Assembly (NCBI GenBank): GCA_010093995.1
Contig: ML992506.1
Coordinates: 913,196-977,195, forward strand
Length of the DNA: 64,000 nucleotides
Source: Elsinoe ampelina
Taxonomy: Eukaryota
Direction: 5' to 3'
Shown here: positions 36,801-50,397 of the stretch, piece by piece
How the letters are laid out: each line of letters begins with the position of its first letter
Numbering within the stretch: position 1 is the first letter of the stretch
Made by a program: the position numbers and the translations under genes
Notes under the pieces: generated by a model
Database searches by the model: none
Seen by the model: the letters and a program-made list of their open reading frames with translations, nothing else
Told to the model about the DNA's origin: nothing

Positions 36801-37061
36801 GGTGTGTGTGAGGCTGAGAAGATAGTCTTGTGTAGAGTGTTTAGTGTAAATGTGGTGTAACGCTGAAAGCTGAGAACTGAGGAGGGGTAAAGATTTGATA
36901 GCGGGGCTGGAGCTGCGGGCGGTGTCTAGCTGCGGACGGGGAGGTTTCACATCAGCTTGGGTGGCACGTGCTTTGATCCAGTACACATGCAATGCAATTC
37001 ATAATCATGATCTCGTCTATGTGAAAAGAATATAATCAGGATCCGAGAGCCAGTCTCCACC

Positions 37062-37995
37062 TCAACGTCGACCCGCGACAACCTTTGCTGCCGGAGGAGC
37101 TACTCCTCCACATTCCTCGAAAGAGCCATACTCTGGGGAGTTGACCCATCCCATCAGAATGTTCGCCATGTCCGACACGTAACTGGGCGTCGACCCTCCG
37201 CTGACCTCATTGAGATTGATAGGATTCTTCCCATCCAGCTCGTTAAGACCAGAATTGTACAGCCTAGTGGCGATGCCCACAAGAGCACCAACGCTGTCAC
37301 CACCGAGCGTCTTTGCCTTTTGCAGAGCAGCCTGAAAGCCGTCCATATATCCGCCGCCACTGCTGTTCTTTCCCATAATGGCGTCTTTGACAACTTCCCT
37401 GAGAGAATCCGGCTTTGAACGATCCCATTTGGCTGATCCTTGTGGTCCTTGAAGGATACCGCAATTCGTGGTACCGGCATTCGTGCAACCTGGATTGACA
37501 CGGAAGGTAGACTCTTGTGCGGCCTTTGCAACAAAGACGCTGCTGGGAATCCCCTCCAACTCCGACACACCAAGTGATTTGGGATAGTCGGCTAAAGCAG
37601 ACTTGATGAGCTTCAGCCCGCTCTCAATGTCGTCGAATTCTGCTGCGTTCCCATCCCTGATCCTGCTCTCCCACAAATTCCATATCTCATCTGCAGAGAG
37701 CCACTTGGATGGGTCGGGGAACGACGACGGATGTCCCCCAGATTTGAAGAAGGTGCAGTCGTACTGCTTGGGTGTACCTGTGCTGCTAGTACTTCCACCA
37801 GAGGATGACTTTGCTGCTGTATCGTTGGGGACCGCTGGGGCGATCGGAAGTGCTGGACCCGCATCTTGAGGTATAGGTGTCGCATGTACGATTGCAGACA
37901 AGGCCACGATGGCTGCCGCAAGCTGTTACACGATTAGCAACGCTGTTCGTTCAAGCGCTACTCCGAATTGTGCTTACCTGTTGATGAGACTTCAT
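37062..37995 (-). CDS. Secreted lysozyme-like / transglycosylase-SLT fold protein; intron 37923-37977
   Basis: Spliced signal peptide MKSHQQ|LAAAIVALSAIVHA. AQES, GILQ, RLYNSG and YVSDMAN..MGW motifs match lysozyme-superfamily ES / GxxQ / YN motifs. Confidence 0.72.
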
Positions 37996-38675
37996 AGTGG
38001 AGAGTGGCGTGCGGACCCTTAAAGAAATCTATGTACCAGAGAAATGAAATGAGACCAGCTCAGCGTCGACAAGGTAGAGAATGTGTGGTGTCTATTCTGA
38101 AGAGCCGCAGGCTTCCTTTCACACAATGAATGACAATTTGGAGTCCGGGCAAGCCCAAAATAGGAGAGAATAGCACAGTAGCACCTGTGGTGGGTACGCC
38201 CTTCATCTCGAGGGAAGACTGCAAGGGCATACTATATACGTAGCGAAATGGATCCACTTACCTTGGGTGAACCATGGTGGTCAGACAGTGAAGCTGAGAG
38301 TCCGGACCACAAGATGTCCGTCCACTCATCTGCCACGCCTTGCGGCACGGAGCTGCAGGGGAGACAGGGGCATTGTCCGGCAGGCCTTGACAGATCCATC
38401 CCGAACCAATCTGGTATCCGACACAGACTCTAAGATCCAGATACGCTTGTATCTGAGAAGGAAGAGGTGACGTGCAACGTAGCCTTGACGGCAGAACGGC
38501 CACGAGGCAGAGACACCTGGATCCAGGATGAGGGATTGGAGTCTAACGGTGCGTCACGGTGGAACACATCAGCTGAAGTGCTCCACCGGAACCATACTGG
38601 TTTGGAGGAGTGATACAGCAGGCTAAGCAGTACAGAGGCAGAGAGCCTGCATCCTGATCGTCAGCCGTAGTGTGA

Positions 38676-40023
<1,348 letters not shown>

Positions 40024-40231
40024 ATACCCATGTATACAGATGAAGACTAGTTATTTGCTCGTGTCACATGCCTAAATGCGGCCCGAGCAACCGCGCAGAC
40101 CGACGTCATGCTTTACTTTTTTCCTACTCCGTCTTGAGCTCTCATCACGCCGTCAACCCAAACGGTCGGTCTCTCCTCGACCTTCTTCACGCCCTGCTCC
40201 GCGATACACTTCTGACCTATATATCGACAAC

Positions 40232-41428
40232 ATGGCCGACCAATACATACTCAAAGTCACAGCTGGGCCTACATATGATCCCTCCGTTCAGGTTCCCATT
40301 TCTCCCAACACTGAAACACCCCACCACATCTCCACCTCCCGGTTAGATGCAGATGTCACTGTCCGAGTTCAGAACTACCGTGGTCTCCCGCATAGCTCGC
40401 CAAAGACCTCACCATACTTCTCGCACCCGAACCACAAGCATGACCTCTACAGTCTCCAATTCTCCTTCACCCCCAAGGAAGACCTCAATGCCCACGACAT
40501 TGTCCTCGGCAACGACTTCGACCACCCGATCAGAGACAAGCTCCCTCCTGGATTCGATCAAGCATTCAAGATTGTGAAATGGTTCATCGACCCAGGCCTG
40601 GAAGGCGACGTCTACGCCGACGAACCCGGCCTCTTCGGCCCCCTCCTGAGCAGCATCAACACATTCCGGATAGGCGCGAAAGAGGGAGAAGCCCAGGACA
40701 CCACCGCTGACGAAGAAGACGACGATAAGGACGAAGATACCCCAGCCATCGTCAAAGAAGGCGCCGCTTCCTCGGCCACCACCCTGCGCGAAGAGTCAGG
40801 CATCCCCTCAGACCCTGCGGCACGAAAGAAGTACTTCCTCACCGAGTCGCACCTCAAGGACTTTACCTTCCAAAAGGGCAGGAAATACGAGTTCGACTTC
40901 TTCAATCCCTACCTCGACTTCAACGAGTTCGCCGTCAAACTGCCCGGCTTCTCAGTGATACCCGGCATCACGATCCCAGTCATCAGCTATTGGGACGGTC
41001 AACCACTCCGGTTAGTGCTGCCTCCCTTCTATCCGACCCTAGCTCCTCTTCTCCTTCTCATAACTTCCCTACCTTTCCCTCCCCTCTCCCACCTCCTTCT
41101 GCCGCCTGGCCTCCTTCTTCCCCATCCATTTCCCTACCTACCCCTCCGTTTTCATCATTCGTCCTTCAGTCACTTTCCCTACCCTTTCCCCTCGTGGTCA
41201 TCACCATGATCTTCTTTGAGCGTTCAAAAGACCAACTCCTGACTAACCAGCTCTCACGCGATCAGATACGTCCTCAAGGACCGCAAAACCAACGAGCCCC
41301 TGTTCGTTGTTATCTTCACTTTGATACCAAAGTCCGAAGCCGACGCGGCGCAAGGGGAGCTGGAGAAGGAGGTGAAAGAGAAGGGTGCGGGGCCAAAGGA
41401 TGGTGGGGAGGATGATGAGTTGGATTGA
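40232..41428 (+). CDS. DUF1769-like protein; intron 41011-41265 (alternative acceptor at 41250)
   Basis: YILKVTAG..YD, GNDFDHPIRD.LP, IDPGLEGDVYADEP, FDFFNPYLDF and YWDGQPLR|YVLK. Confidence 0.82.
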
Positions 41429-41880
41429 TCCCCCACTCCAGTGACTCACCCAACGGCGATTTGGCTGATTTTGGCTGGAGTTGGTAGGGTTTACACATGA
41501 CAAGAAGGCAGCAGCAAAGGCGCGATTGGAACGCAAGCATCATGGATGGGTGAAAAGGGGGAAGCACCAATCAACGACAGCATCTCTACTCAGGAATATA
41601 ACAAGCGGTGAGCGACTGCGGCTCGGCGCAGCGGTAGCGAGGCGTTCGGCAATACAGGTGGGAGGGATAAATATGTATCGAAGCACTTTTACGTTCATTC
41701 TCCGCTCGCTATGCTACCCTGTGCTATTTCCATCCTACAGAACAGTAGTTCGCAATGCCAAATATCCCTCATGGCCGCGTTTTGTGCTTGATATAAAAGC
41801 AATTCACATTGCCATCAGCGGTTTGCTGTTATCCCTGCCAAATGCCATGCCTGAACTTCGTGTTGATCATGGCGACGCAG

Positions 41881-44862
41881 CTAAGAAAGCATACCCTCCA
41901 TGTCGCTGCTGCCACCGATGCCGCTATCCCTGACTGCCCTCCTGGTCTTCTTGACCCTCTTCTTCTCCACGACCCTGACAGCGGGGCTAACACTGCTGTG
42001 GCCGATACCGTTGACAGCAGCTTCTTCCTCCTCGACCTCCATGACGTCTTCTAGCAACCTCTTGCCCTCCCTCTTCAGCTCCCCTTCCCCATCCTTCGCC
42101 AGCTTGGCCAATCTGTCCACCTCTGCGCTCAAAGTACCGATCTTGTGAGTGGCCTTTGCAACATACTCCTCAAACTTCTCCCTCAACTCCCTATTCTTCT
42201 CCCTAAGAGCGTCGTAGTTCTCCTCACGTGTCTCGGCTGAAGTCTCCAGTGTCTCGATGTAGCTGTTCTTCTCAGTGACGGTGGCGTTCCATGCCGTGTC
42301 CACTTCGCGAGCACGCTCTTGCAAGTCCTCAATCTCGGCTTGCTTCGTACCGATAATGTCCTTGAGAGAGGCGACTTGTGCTTCCTTCTCGGCAGTATAT
42401 GTGAGCATTGTGATTGCTTCATGCTCGACACGGCTCTCGAGGGAGGCCTTTTCACCTTGGAGCACAGAAATTGCAGAGTCTGCGACTTCGGCATCGTGTT
42501 TCAGGGCGTCAATGCTGGCGTCGCGGTCGGCGAGAGTGGCAAGCATCTGCTCCTGCTGGGTGGAAGCTTGATGGCGGACAGTGTTGAGATCCGTGCTTGT
42601 CTTGTTCAGAGTCGATGTGAGATCGCCAATGGTGGTCTCGAGTGTCTTGATCTGGCTGGACGTGGACTGTTGAAGAGCATTGTGCTCTGCAGTCTTGATA
42701 CCAAGTGCAGTCTGCAATTCCTCAACCTCTTCCTCAAGTTTGACACATCGATCTTCCATTTGCTGAAGAAGCGCTTCCTTTTCGTCGAATGTCTTGCGCA
42801 TATCGGCCTCGAGGTTGGCGAGCTTCGATTCTAGATCGTCGATGTATGACTGGCGCTCAGCGGCAACGTTTTCGGCGTCCTCACGGCGTGATGTTTCGGC
42901 GGAGAGGTCGGCTTCATACTGCTCAGTACGTTCGGCCATGGTAGTCTGGTATTCCTTGATGGTCTTGTGATCACGTTGCTGCACCTCGAAGAGCTTCTGG
43001 CGTAGTTCATTGGCTTCGACACCTTGCTTGTGAAGTTTGTCGTTGAGAGATTTGACCTTCACATGTGTGTCGTCGAGCTCGGCCTCGGCCGCTTCCCGCT
43101 GACGCTTCTCCGCTTCGTGAAGCTTCTGGAGATCCGCATAGTCGTCCTCGAGCTTAGCAAGGTCGGCCTCAGCTTTCTCAAGCTGCTTCTGAAGATCGAT
43201 AATGGTAGAAGCTTTCGTGGCTGCGTCATCTTCAGCGGATTCCTTGCCTGCCTGGACATCGACAATGTCCGCGCGGAGGCCCTCGATCTCAGCTTTGAGC
43301 TTGCTGATCATGGCAGCCTCCTTCTCCAAGCTCTTGGACAAGTCTGCAGCAGCCTTCTCGACACTGGTAGCGCGACCCTCGGCGGCGACACGGGCTTCCT
43401 TCTCAATACGGACCTCCTCTGTGAAGCGATGATGCTCAGTCTCGTGGTGATCCTTGAGCGCGGCAAGAGTAGCGGCGTGGTCATGCTCCATTCGCCTGAT
43501 GAGGTCGTGCAGATTTGCTTCTGTCTGTCGATAACCGTCTAGAGCGGTCTTGAGCTTTTCGCAGCTGTCGTCCAGGACACTATTCTCGCTCTCGAGGGTT
43601 TGAGCCTGACTGACCTTCTCCGTGAGCAGCTTGCTAACCTGCTTGAAGTTCTTCTCCACGTCGAGGAGCTTGGTCTCCAACTCCTTAATGTATCTATCAT
43701 CCTCTTCGTTCTGATTGTCGAACTCGCCATTTGCCTGCTCGAGCCTGTTGCGGATCAGGTTCGCCTCGGCTAGCTTGTCGATGAGAACATCAATCTGAGT
43801 GAGGAGCTCTTGCTCAAAGGACTTCTGCTCAGTGATGATAGTGTCCTTCTTGTTGTTGCTGTGAGCATAGGCCACGAGTTGGTCGGCAATGCGCATGAGA
43901 AGTGTCTGCTCCTGAACGTCGGCAGCAACGTCGAATGGCAGTATGTCTCGCAGGCGGTGACGAACATGGTCGAAAGATGCGCGGATGGAATCGATGACAG
44001 CTTGGGCGTTGGCATCGGGACTACCGAAACCCATGCTTGACAATTCGACAATGAGGATCTCGAGCGAGGACTTGGCCTCGGCGGCTTCACGTGCCAGACG
44101 CTTGATTGAAGCTTCGTAATTGGCGCGCTCTTGGTCTGACTTGATGGGGACGGAGTCGAAGTCGGTGAGACTGTCGGCACGCTCGCTGGAGGGGCTTTGT
44201 ACCTCGATATCAGGTGGCTGAGAAGGACCGTCGACATTACCATAGACCAAAATATCCGTCTCGTGTTGGCTCATCTCGATATCGTCGGATCCGTCCAGCT
44301 GGCTCATGGTCTGAGATTCGAGGCGTTGCTTCATCCTTTCCTGGACAAGCTTGTTGAGTGACACCATGCCAGCCTCGAAACGAGCAGGAGAGAGGTGTTG
44401 AAGGGCCAGAGAGGCAGGCATCGACTTTCTCGGCTTGGACTTTTTCTGGGACTGTGACTGGGATTGGGATAGTGCATCTTCTTGGCTGAAAGCGGGGAGG
44501 GTCGCACGGCGAGAGGTAGTGGTCTTTGTGGTGACCTGTGAGAGTTGTGAATTGTTGACTTGAGAGGTCTGAAAGGCATCGGCGGCAGGCTGGCTGCTGT
44601 CCTCGCGGATTGGTGAAAGTTCTGGGTGATCGACTTCTCCCTGACTATGAGCGACTTCCTTGACGACAACTTTTGTCTTCTTTCTCTTCTTGATGGCAGG
44701 CTGAGAGTCGAGTTGGGAAGAATCGTCGACGGCACCGCTCTCGGCGTGTGAAACGCTGCTGGCACGTCTCTTGCGGTTGTTTGATCGTGGGAGTTGCTGC
44801 TGAGAAGACTGTGAAGCTTCAGGCTCCACTGATTCGGCTCGCTCCTGAGCTCTGGTCTTCAT
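41881..44862 (-). CDS. Large coiled-coil protein (~993 aa) with SQ-rich basic N-terminus
   Basis: Intronless ORF from ATG 44862 (MKTRAQ). About 700 aa of E/K/L/Q heptad-like sequence, NLS-like KKRKK, and C-terminal KKRVKKTRR..RDSGIG. Confidence 0.88.
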   Translation of the reverse strand: MKTRAQERAESVEPEASQSSQQQLPRSNNRKRRASSVSHAESGAVDDSSQLDSQPAIKKRKKTKVVVKEVAHSQGEVDHPELSPIREDSSQPAADAFQTSQVNNSQLSQVTTKTTTSRRATLPAFSQEDALSQSQSQSQKKSKPRKSMPASLALQHLSPARFEAGMVSLNKLVQERMKQRLESQTMSQLDGSDDIEMSQHETDILVYGNVDGPSQPPDIEVQSPSSERADSLTDFDSVPIKSDQERANYEASIKRLAREAAEAKSSLEILIVELSSMGFGSPDANAQAVIDSIRASFDHVRHRLRDILPFDVAADVQEQTLLMRIADQLVAYAHSNNKKDTIITEQKSFEQELLTQIDVLIDKLAEANLIRNRLEQANGEFDNQNEEDDRYIKELETKLLDVEKNFKQVSKLLTEKVSQAQTLESENSVLDDSCEKLKTALDGYRQTEANLHDLIRRMEHDHAATLAALKDHHETEHHRFTEEVRIEKEARVAAEGRATSVEKAAADLSKSLEKEAAMISKLKAEIEGLRADIVDVQAGKESAEDDAATKASTIIDLQKQLEKAEADLAKLEDDYADLQKLHEAEKRQREAAEAELDDTHVKVKSLNDKLHKQGVEANELRQKLFEVQQRDHKTIKEYQTTMAERTEQYEADLSAETSRREDAENVAAERQSYIDDLESKLANLEADMRKTFDEKEALLQQMEDRCVKLEEEVEELQTALGIKTAEHNALQQSTSSQIKTLETTIGDLTSTLNKTSTDLNTVRHQASTQQEQMLATLADRDASIDALKHDAEVADSAISVLQGEKASLESRVEHEAITMLTYTAEKEAQVASLKDIIGTKQAEIEDLQERAREVDTAWNATVTEKNSYIETLETSAETREENYDALREKNRELREKFEEYVAKATHKIGTLSAEVDRLAKLAKDGEGELKREGKRLLEDVMEVEEEEAAVNGIGHSSVSPAVRVVEKKRVKKTRRAVRDSGIGGSSDMEGMLS

Positions 44863-46199
44863 GATTACGGTCGTGTGTGAATCGTGGTTTGGTGAAATTG
44901 TGATGTAGTTGGTGAAAAAGAAGGAGGAGAAGAAGTCGAAAAATGCACAATAAGAAATAGACAATTGCAGTGTTTTGTGATTGTGATGCGGTGGCAGGAG
45001 CTTTGAGCTTGAATTTTTGACGAGTGACGTCGAATGGTCGCACCAAACACGCGGGCAGAAACGCCGATCATGCTCGTCGCGATGTGCTTCGTGGCTTCTC
45101 GCGTCGGGAGTCTCCAGGCCAATTGCTGCAGGCTCCAGCAGTCGACCTCAAACGATCACATGTCAGAGCAGGGGGGGAACTGCCACGGTGAACGAAAGGT
45201 GATACGATACCTACGCAGCAATGGCTGTCATGGATGCTGACTCGTGCAGCTCATCGCCATCGTGATATGTCTTTCCAGCACTGTGACTGGCGGGAAACAA
45301 CCAGATGAAGCGTCTGTCTGATGATCTGTCACCGTCGCCGTGAACCAAATTGAGAGGCCTCCGTCTGACCAGCTGACGAATCAGAATCAGCTCGAATAGC
45401 ATGACACGCCTGGTAGTACCGGCACCCAAGGTCATCGTGGAAAAAGGGCGCACATGTGGCACGAATCCAGCAGAATGGTCAGGCAGGTCTCGCCTAGATT
45501 TATCTGCAGATGGAGCGACATGTGGCAGGCACGCGACAAGTCAACAGCGATAGAGTTGGACTAAACAGGTCTGTGGCTTTTTTGAGACCAGTTGTGACGC
45601 GCGGTCGTTGTGATCATACTGATCCAAGGCGCCGTAGATTGACAATGGCGTGAAGGGATCAAAGATGCCGCAGAAGATGCAGAGGAGACTCTGCAGGTAG
45701 AGGCCATCAGATCTCGGGTGATGTCATTAGTGCTCGACATCGGACGTTTCATCAGACACCTTACAGGAGGGTTCACTTCTCAATGAGCGGCAGGTGAATC
45801 ACCAACCTTTTTTCCATCAGATCTCTTCAACATCTACATCTTCAACTTCCACCCCCGTCCCGTTAATGCGGGAGATCTGGACGACTGCATATTTCCAAGA
45901 CAGCGGCGCAGTCTCAGTGCACATCGCACCCGCTATCGGGCCCCCAAAGTGGAAGGTAACCGGGCCTGCTTAGATCCGCGCCAATTGTTTTCAGGAAGCT
46001 CATACAACCACCTGCTACCATTAATTCTGCGCCGTAGGTGGATCGGACGGATAATTTCTTTAAGAGTCGCACAGTTTGCCACATGTTGGATACCTGGACT
46101 CAGCGGTGATACTGTCGCAAATTCAACGGCTATCCAAGGAGTGGAGGGGAAACTGCTTACCCGAGCATCATGGTCGTCAGAGCGATATCGGACGTGGTC

Positions 46200-47940
46200 A
46201 TGCAAGACGGCGATGATCAAGCTTCGACGTTGCTCGGCCTGCCGACAGAGTTGATGCTGCATTGCATCTCGTATCTTCCACCTCTCGACCTAGCAAGAGC
46301 TTCACGGACATGTCGCACCCTACAAAAATCAGCCGCCACCGACTCGCTATGGCAAAGACATGTCAACGCCAATCTACCAACGCCACTGTCATCCCCCGCA
46401 CCTCTGAGCAGTTTCAGGGAACTATACGTCGCTCATCATGCTTACTGGTTCCTCCCACGTCAGCAAATATGGATCTCAGACTCGGAGCCTTGTGGCCAGC
46501 TGGTAGTAGCACGCTATAATCCTACCAAGGCTAGCATCGAAGCACACGCCGTCGTCGCCGAAAGGGGTGAGCACACTGTTTCGGCATGGTCGGAAAACAA
46601 TCAGGTCTTGATCCATGGCTTTGACCCTAATGTTCAATTACATCTCGATCGGCCTATATTGAAGCTCACCACTGGTGGTCGTCGAGTGTCAATATCTCAA
46701 TCAAGTCCGAGAGGACCATTGAGTAGCTTCTGGTCCTCCGAATCATCTCCGAGGGAAACTCCACTACTATCGCAAGAGATACTCATGGACTGTGCACATA
46801 CAAATTCCCCAGCCGGTGTCAGGACTTCCTTTGTATTATCACGAGATCTTCCCGGTTATCTCATCAACGAGGGCTCTGCTGTATGGCCGCCTCTTTCGAT
46901 CCCTGCACCCTCTCGCGCTCGCAATCTCTCTGGCTCCGACTTCTCATCGATATCACATCGACCCTCCAAGCACAATGAGATATCACAGAACACGTTTCGG
47001 ATACGAAGATGGATGGAATACGCCAACCGAAGAAATAGCTCTAACCTCGCACAATTCCCTGGTCTAGATCGATTATCGGTCGCTCCTGGTTTGAGTTTCT
47101 TCGCCTCCTCCGCAAGCGGATACAATCTCGACCGTCGAGGAGAAAACGTGACTACCTTTGGCGCCATCGACCCTGCTGCATACACCCCTACACCACGTAA
47201 ACCCTGGCGCGGAATCTACTGCGGCGACTACTCAGGTCATGGCTGCGAATTCCTCCTCGTGCTCCAACCGGACGAAGGCACCGAAGATCCCCTCCCCGAA
47301 GGCCTCAACTGGCTCAACGAATGGCTCACCGGCGATCGCCCACGCACCATCGACAATCAAAATGATATCACCGCCCGTACCTACAATCGCATGAATGAAA
47401 TCCTGACCGACATGGCCGAACGCGACGGCTTCCGCCACCGCGCCAACGCCTTTGACGATGACGATGAAAGGGACGAGCCCAGTGACGATGACGACGACGA
47501 CTGGGAGGAACCCGAAGGCGTACGCGGCGAACTCCAACGCCAGACCAGCACGGCCGCCGACTCAGCGATGGAGACTGAAGACATCTACTCCGGCCGTCTT
47601 GTAGCCATCAAGTTGACCGGCGACCCCCACGTCCCGCGAGGACAAATCACCTTCATCGCCCCTGATCTCGGGGAGAAAGGACTCGTGCGCACGGCAGAGG
47701 AGGACATTTTCCGAGGAGCAAGGGTTGTGCGAAGCGCAGGACACGTCGCTAACCGCGGGTTTATCCATGGTTTGTCTTCCCGGGTGAGAGACTAGGGGAG
47801 TAAGCTAACGAGATGCAGACGAGTACATCCCTTCGCAGCTCATTCTGGTGTCGCACGATCGGTTGGCGCAGTATTGGCAGGGGTTTGGGCATATATCATT
47901 CTACAAGCGGGTGGATTTGGATGCTTTGATGCGGTCGTAG
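46200..47940 (+). CDS. F-box protein, FBXO31-like; intron 47770-47818
   Basis: F-box LLGLPTELMLHCISYLPP.DL...SRTCR. WRGIYCGDYSGHGCEF and KLTGDPHVPRG blocks. Last exon DEYIPSQLILVSHDRLAQYW..GHISFYKRVD. Confidence 0.88.
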
Positions 47941-48396
47941 GGTGAGCATAGCAGGGGGGATGGCATCGGGCGAATGCAGCGACAGTCTTTTCACACAGCG
48001 AGGCGCGAGATACGCATCCACGGCGTTGTCGGGTTGGGGTACGGACAGCCCGGGAAGGGAAGTGATTGGACACGTTTCGGTAGCATAGCCTGGTAATGGG
48101 AGGTGTTTGTCTGGGATCTAGTATTTACATTTCTCATCTCTGTTCTCCTGAGAGGTCCTTTCATCAGGCATGATGTTTCTGCATCCTTTACCCACCGCGG
48201 TGCCGTCCAACCCGCGCTGATCCCCTGCTCCACCCAGCCGTGCCGTCTTCCCGTCTGCAGTGGTGATCAAGGCTTAGCAAAGCTTGGGAGGGGAGATCAC
48301 CGCCCCGCTTCGGAGGCGGAGGGGAGACTAGAGGGTGATCTATTTGTCTAGCATGGTCGATCTTCTGGTCGCATTTCGAAATGTTCCATTGGCGAT

Positions 48397-50397
48397 TCAT
48401 GTGAAGAACGGCTTTCGTCTCTTGGTTTCTTCGTTGCCAAGCGCACCCTTGGTTGGACGACCTCTCTTCTTGCCTCCGCCGGAAGTGGTCGTGGGTGTCC
48501 GGGGTCGATCGGGCTTTTGTGTCTCGAGGACTTCTTTGATGGCCCCGCGGGAGAGGCAGGAGTCGATGTGCGCGTTGAAGGTACGCTCTTCTGCTGGCTG
48601 ACCCAGGCCGCAGACCGGACAGTTCCAGAGCTCCTTCTCCTCGTGAGGTGATTGTGCCGCAGGAGGTGCATCGAGGTCGATTTGGGAGAGGTTGGTCTTG
48701 TTGAGAGCTCGGCAATTGGCACGCTCTTCTTCTAATAGTGCTCGCCATGCGAAGCCGTTGTCGTGTTTGCGCTCCTGGAACGCTTTGAACTCTGTATCGT
48801 CATTCGATTTGCCGTTGCTCAGCGCAGCTTCATGCTCCTGACTGAGCTTTTCGATCGCTTGAAGCTCATCGTCTCGTTCCTGACGAGCTGCATCCTCAAA
48901 CTCCTCGTCCGGCCAGCGCTCCCATCCGTCAGCGTCGAGCTTCTTGGTGGTAGTGTTAACAGCCGAAGGAGTACTAGCGCGCTTGCCGAAGAAAGCAGCC
49001 GATGGTTTCTTCATGCTGACCAAATGCGTAAGTCGCAAGCCCATCAGTCGAAGCTTGAATTCTGGTATTTCGGACATGAGCTTGGTGAGCATCGGGAGCG
49101 AGAATTTGTACAGGTCGTCCGCCTGATGAACCGCTTTCGGGGGAGCCACTTGTCTCGTAAATACCTCGTACGTGTGCAGCTTGATCTTCAAGACGAGTGT
49201 TCGCCCCTTGAACTGCGTACGATCGCAGTCTTTCTCAAGTTCATCGGCGATCCACCTCAGCTTCTCTTTGAGCTCAGCTGGATCGCTCATGTCTTTGAAT
49301 GTGCTCTCAGTGCCTACCGACTTGCGCTCGTACTCCTCGGCAGGCTGCACGTTGGTCCGACCCAGACCGAGGTAGACACTCATGAGGAACTCAAACGCCT
49401 TCTCACCAAACAGCTTGGAGAGGTATTGCCTGTAGTCGTGAATATCGCCACATGTTTTCACCCCAATCGCGTCTAATTCCCGCTCAAAAACACGACCTAT
49501 GCCGTTGACCTTCCTGGTGGGCAGATCTCGCATGAACGCCATTATTGCAGACCGCTCCGAAGGAAGTCGAAATTGACCATTCGGTTTATTCTTGTTCGAA
49601 CAGATCTTGGCCAACTTGGTATTCGCGGCGATGCCAGCAGAAATTGTGATCTTGCAGCTTGCATGCACCTCTTCCCGCATCTGTCGCACAGCATCTTCGG
49701 GATCCATATTGTGATCGGCGCAGTATTGCGTGATGTTCATGTAGGCTTCATCGATACTCGCAGACTCAAATCGAGGGTCGTACTTGGCCAATACAGCTCG
49801 CACCTCTCGTGCCTTGGAGGTGTATTTCTCAAAGTTGAGCGGAATATGAATAAGTCCAGGACATAGCTTGTCAGCAACGAAGCCAGCCATACCACTTCGA
49901 CAGCCGAATTTGCGAGCATGGTAATTGCAGGTGGTCAGTACGCCCTTTCCGACGGCGAATGGAACGTCTTTGAGCTCTGGCCGATCCAGTTCCTCTACTG
50001 CAGCATAGAAGGCGTCACAGTCGATATGAACCACGGCTTGACTCAGATCACGAGTGAATTCAAGCTGTGCGATGTACTCGTCAGCCTTCCTGAGATCGTT
50101 CTTGAGGTCCAGCTTCTCAAGCTGCCTCTTTCTGGCCAGAATCCGGTCGATTTTGATAGTAAGATTCTGGTCCTTGATCTCCTCATTATTGAAGTACTTG
50201 CTTCCCTTCGAGGCGTTGTAGATAATTTCCGAGACCTTCTTCTGGTCGACGGCATCCTGTCCAGCTTTGGTGAGGGATGGACCGAGTAAGTGATATTTCA
50301 AGGTGTGGTGTTGGCTAGCCGCTGGCCGTCCATCGCCACCCTCATCACCGCCGTCCGTCGGGGCTTGCGCAACCTCGCTCTCCTCTGTCGTAGCCAT
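48397..50397 (-). CDS. POLK: DNA polymerase kappa (Y-family, DinB) with C-terminal UBZ zinc finger
   Basis: KAGQ...IIYNASKGSKYF N-clasp, HIDCDAFYAAVE, SIDEAY, NKPNGQF, CPVC...HIDSC zinc finger and FF motifs. Confidence 0.95.
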   Translation of the reverse strand: MATTEESEVAQAPTDGGDEGGDGRPAASQHHTLKYHLLGPSLTKAGQDAVDQKKVSEIIYNASKGSKYFNNEEIKDQNLTIKIDRILARKRQLEKLDLKNDLRKADEYIAQLEFTRDLSQAVVHIDCDAFYAAVEELDRPELKDVPFAVGKGVLTTCNYHARKFGCRSGMAGFVADKLCPGLIHIPLNFEKYTSKAREVRAVLAKYDPRFESASIDEAYMNITQYCADHNMDPEDAVRQMREEVHASCKITISAGIAANTKLAKICSNKNKPNGQFRLPSERSAIMAFMRDLPTRKVNGIGRVFERELDAIGVKTCGDIHDYRQYLSKLFGEKAFEFLMSVYLGLGRTNVQPAEEYERKSVGTESTFKDMSDPAELKEKLRWIADELEKDCDRTQFKGRTLVLKIKLHTYEVFTRQVAPPKAVHQADDLYKFSLPMLTKLMSEIPEFKLRLMGLRLTHLVSMKKPSAAFFGKRASTPSAVNTTTKKLDADGWERWPDEEFEDAARQERDDELQAIEKLSQEHEAALSNGKSNDDTEFKAFQERKHDNGFAWRALLEEERANCRALNKTNLSQIDLDAPPAAQSPHEEKELWNCPVCGLGQPAEERTFNAHIDSCLSRGAIKEVLETQKPDRPRTPTTTSGGGKKRGRPTKGALGNEETKRRKPFFT

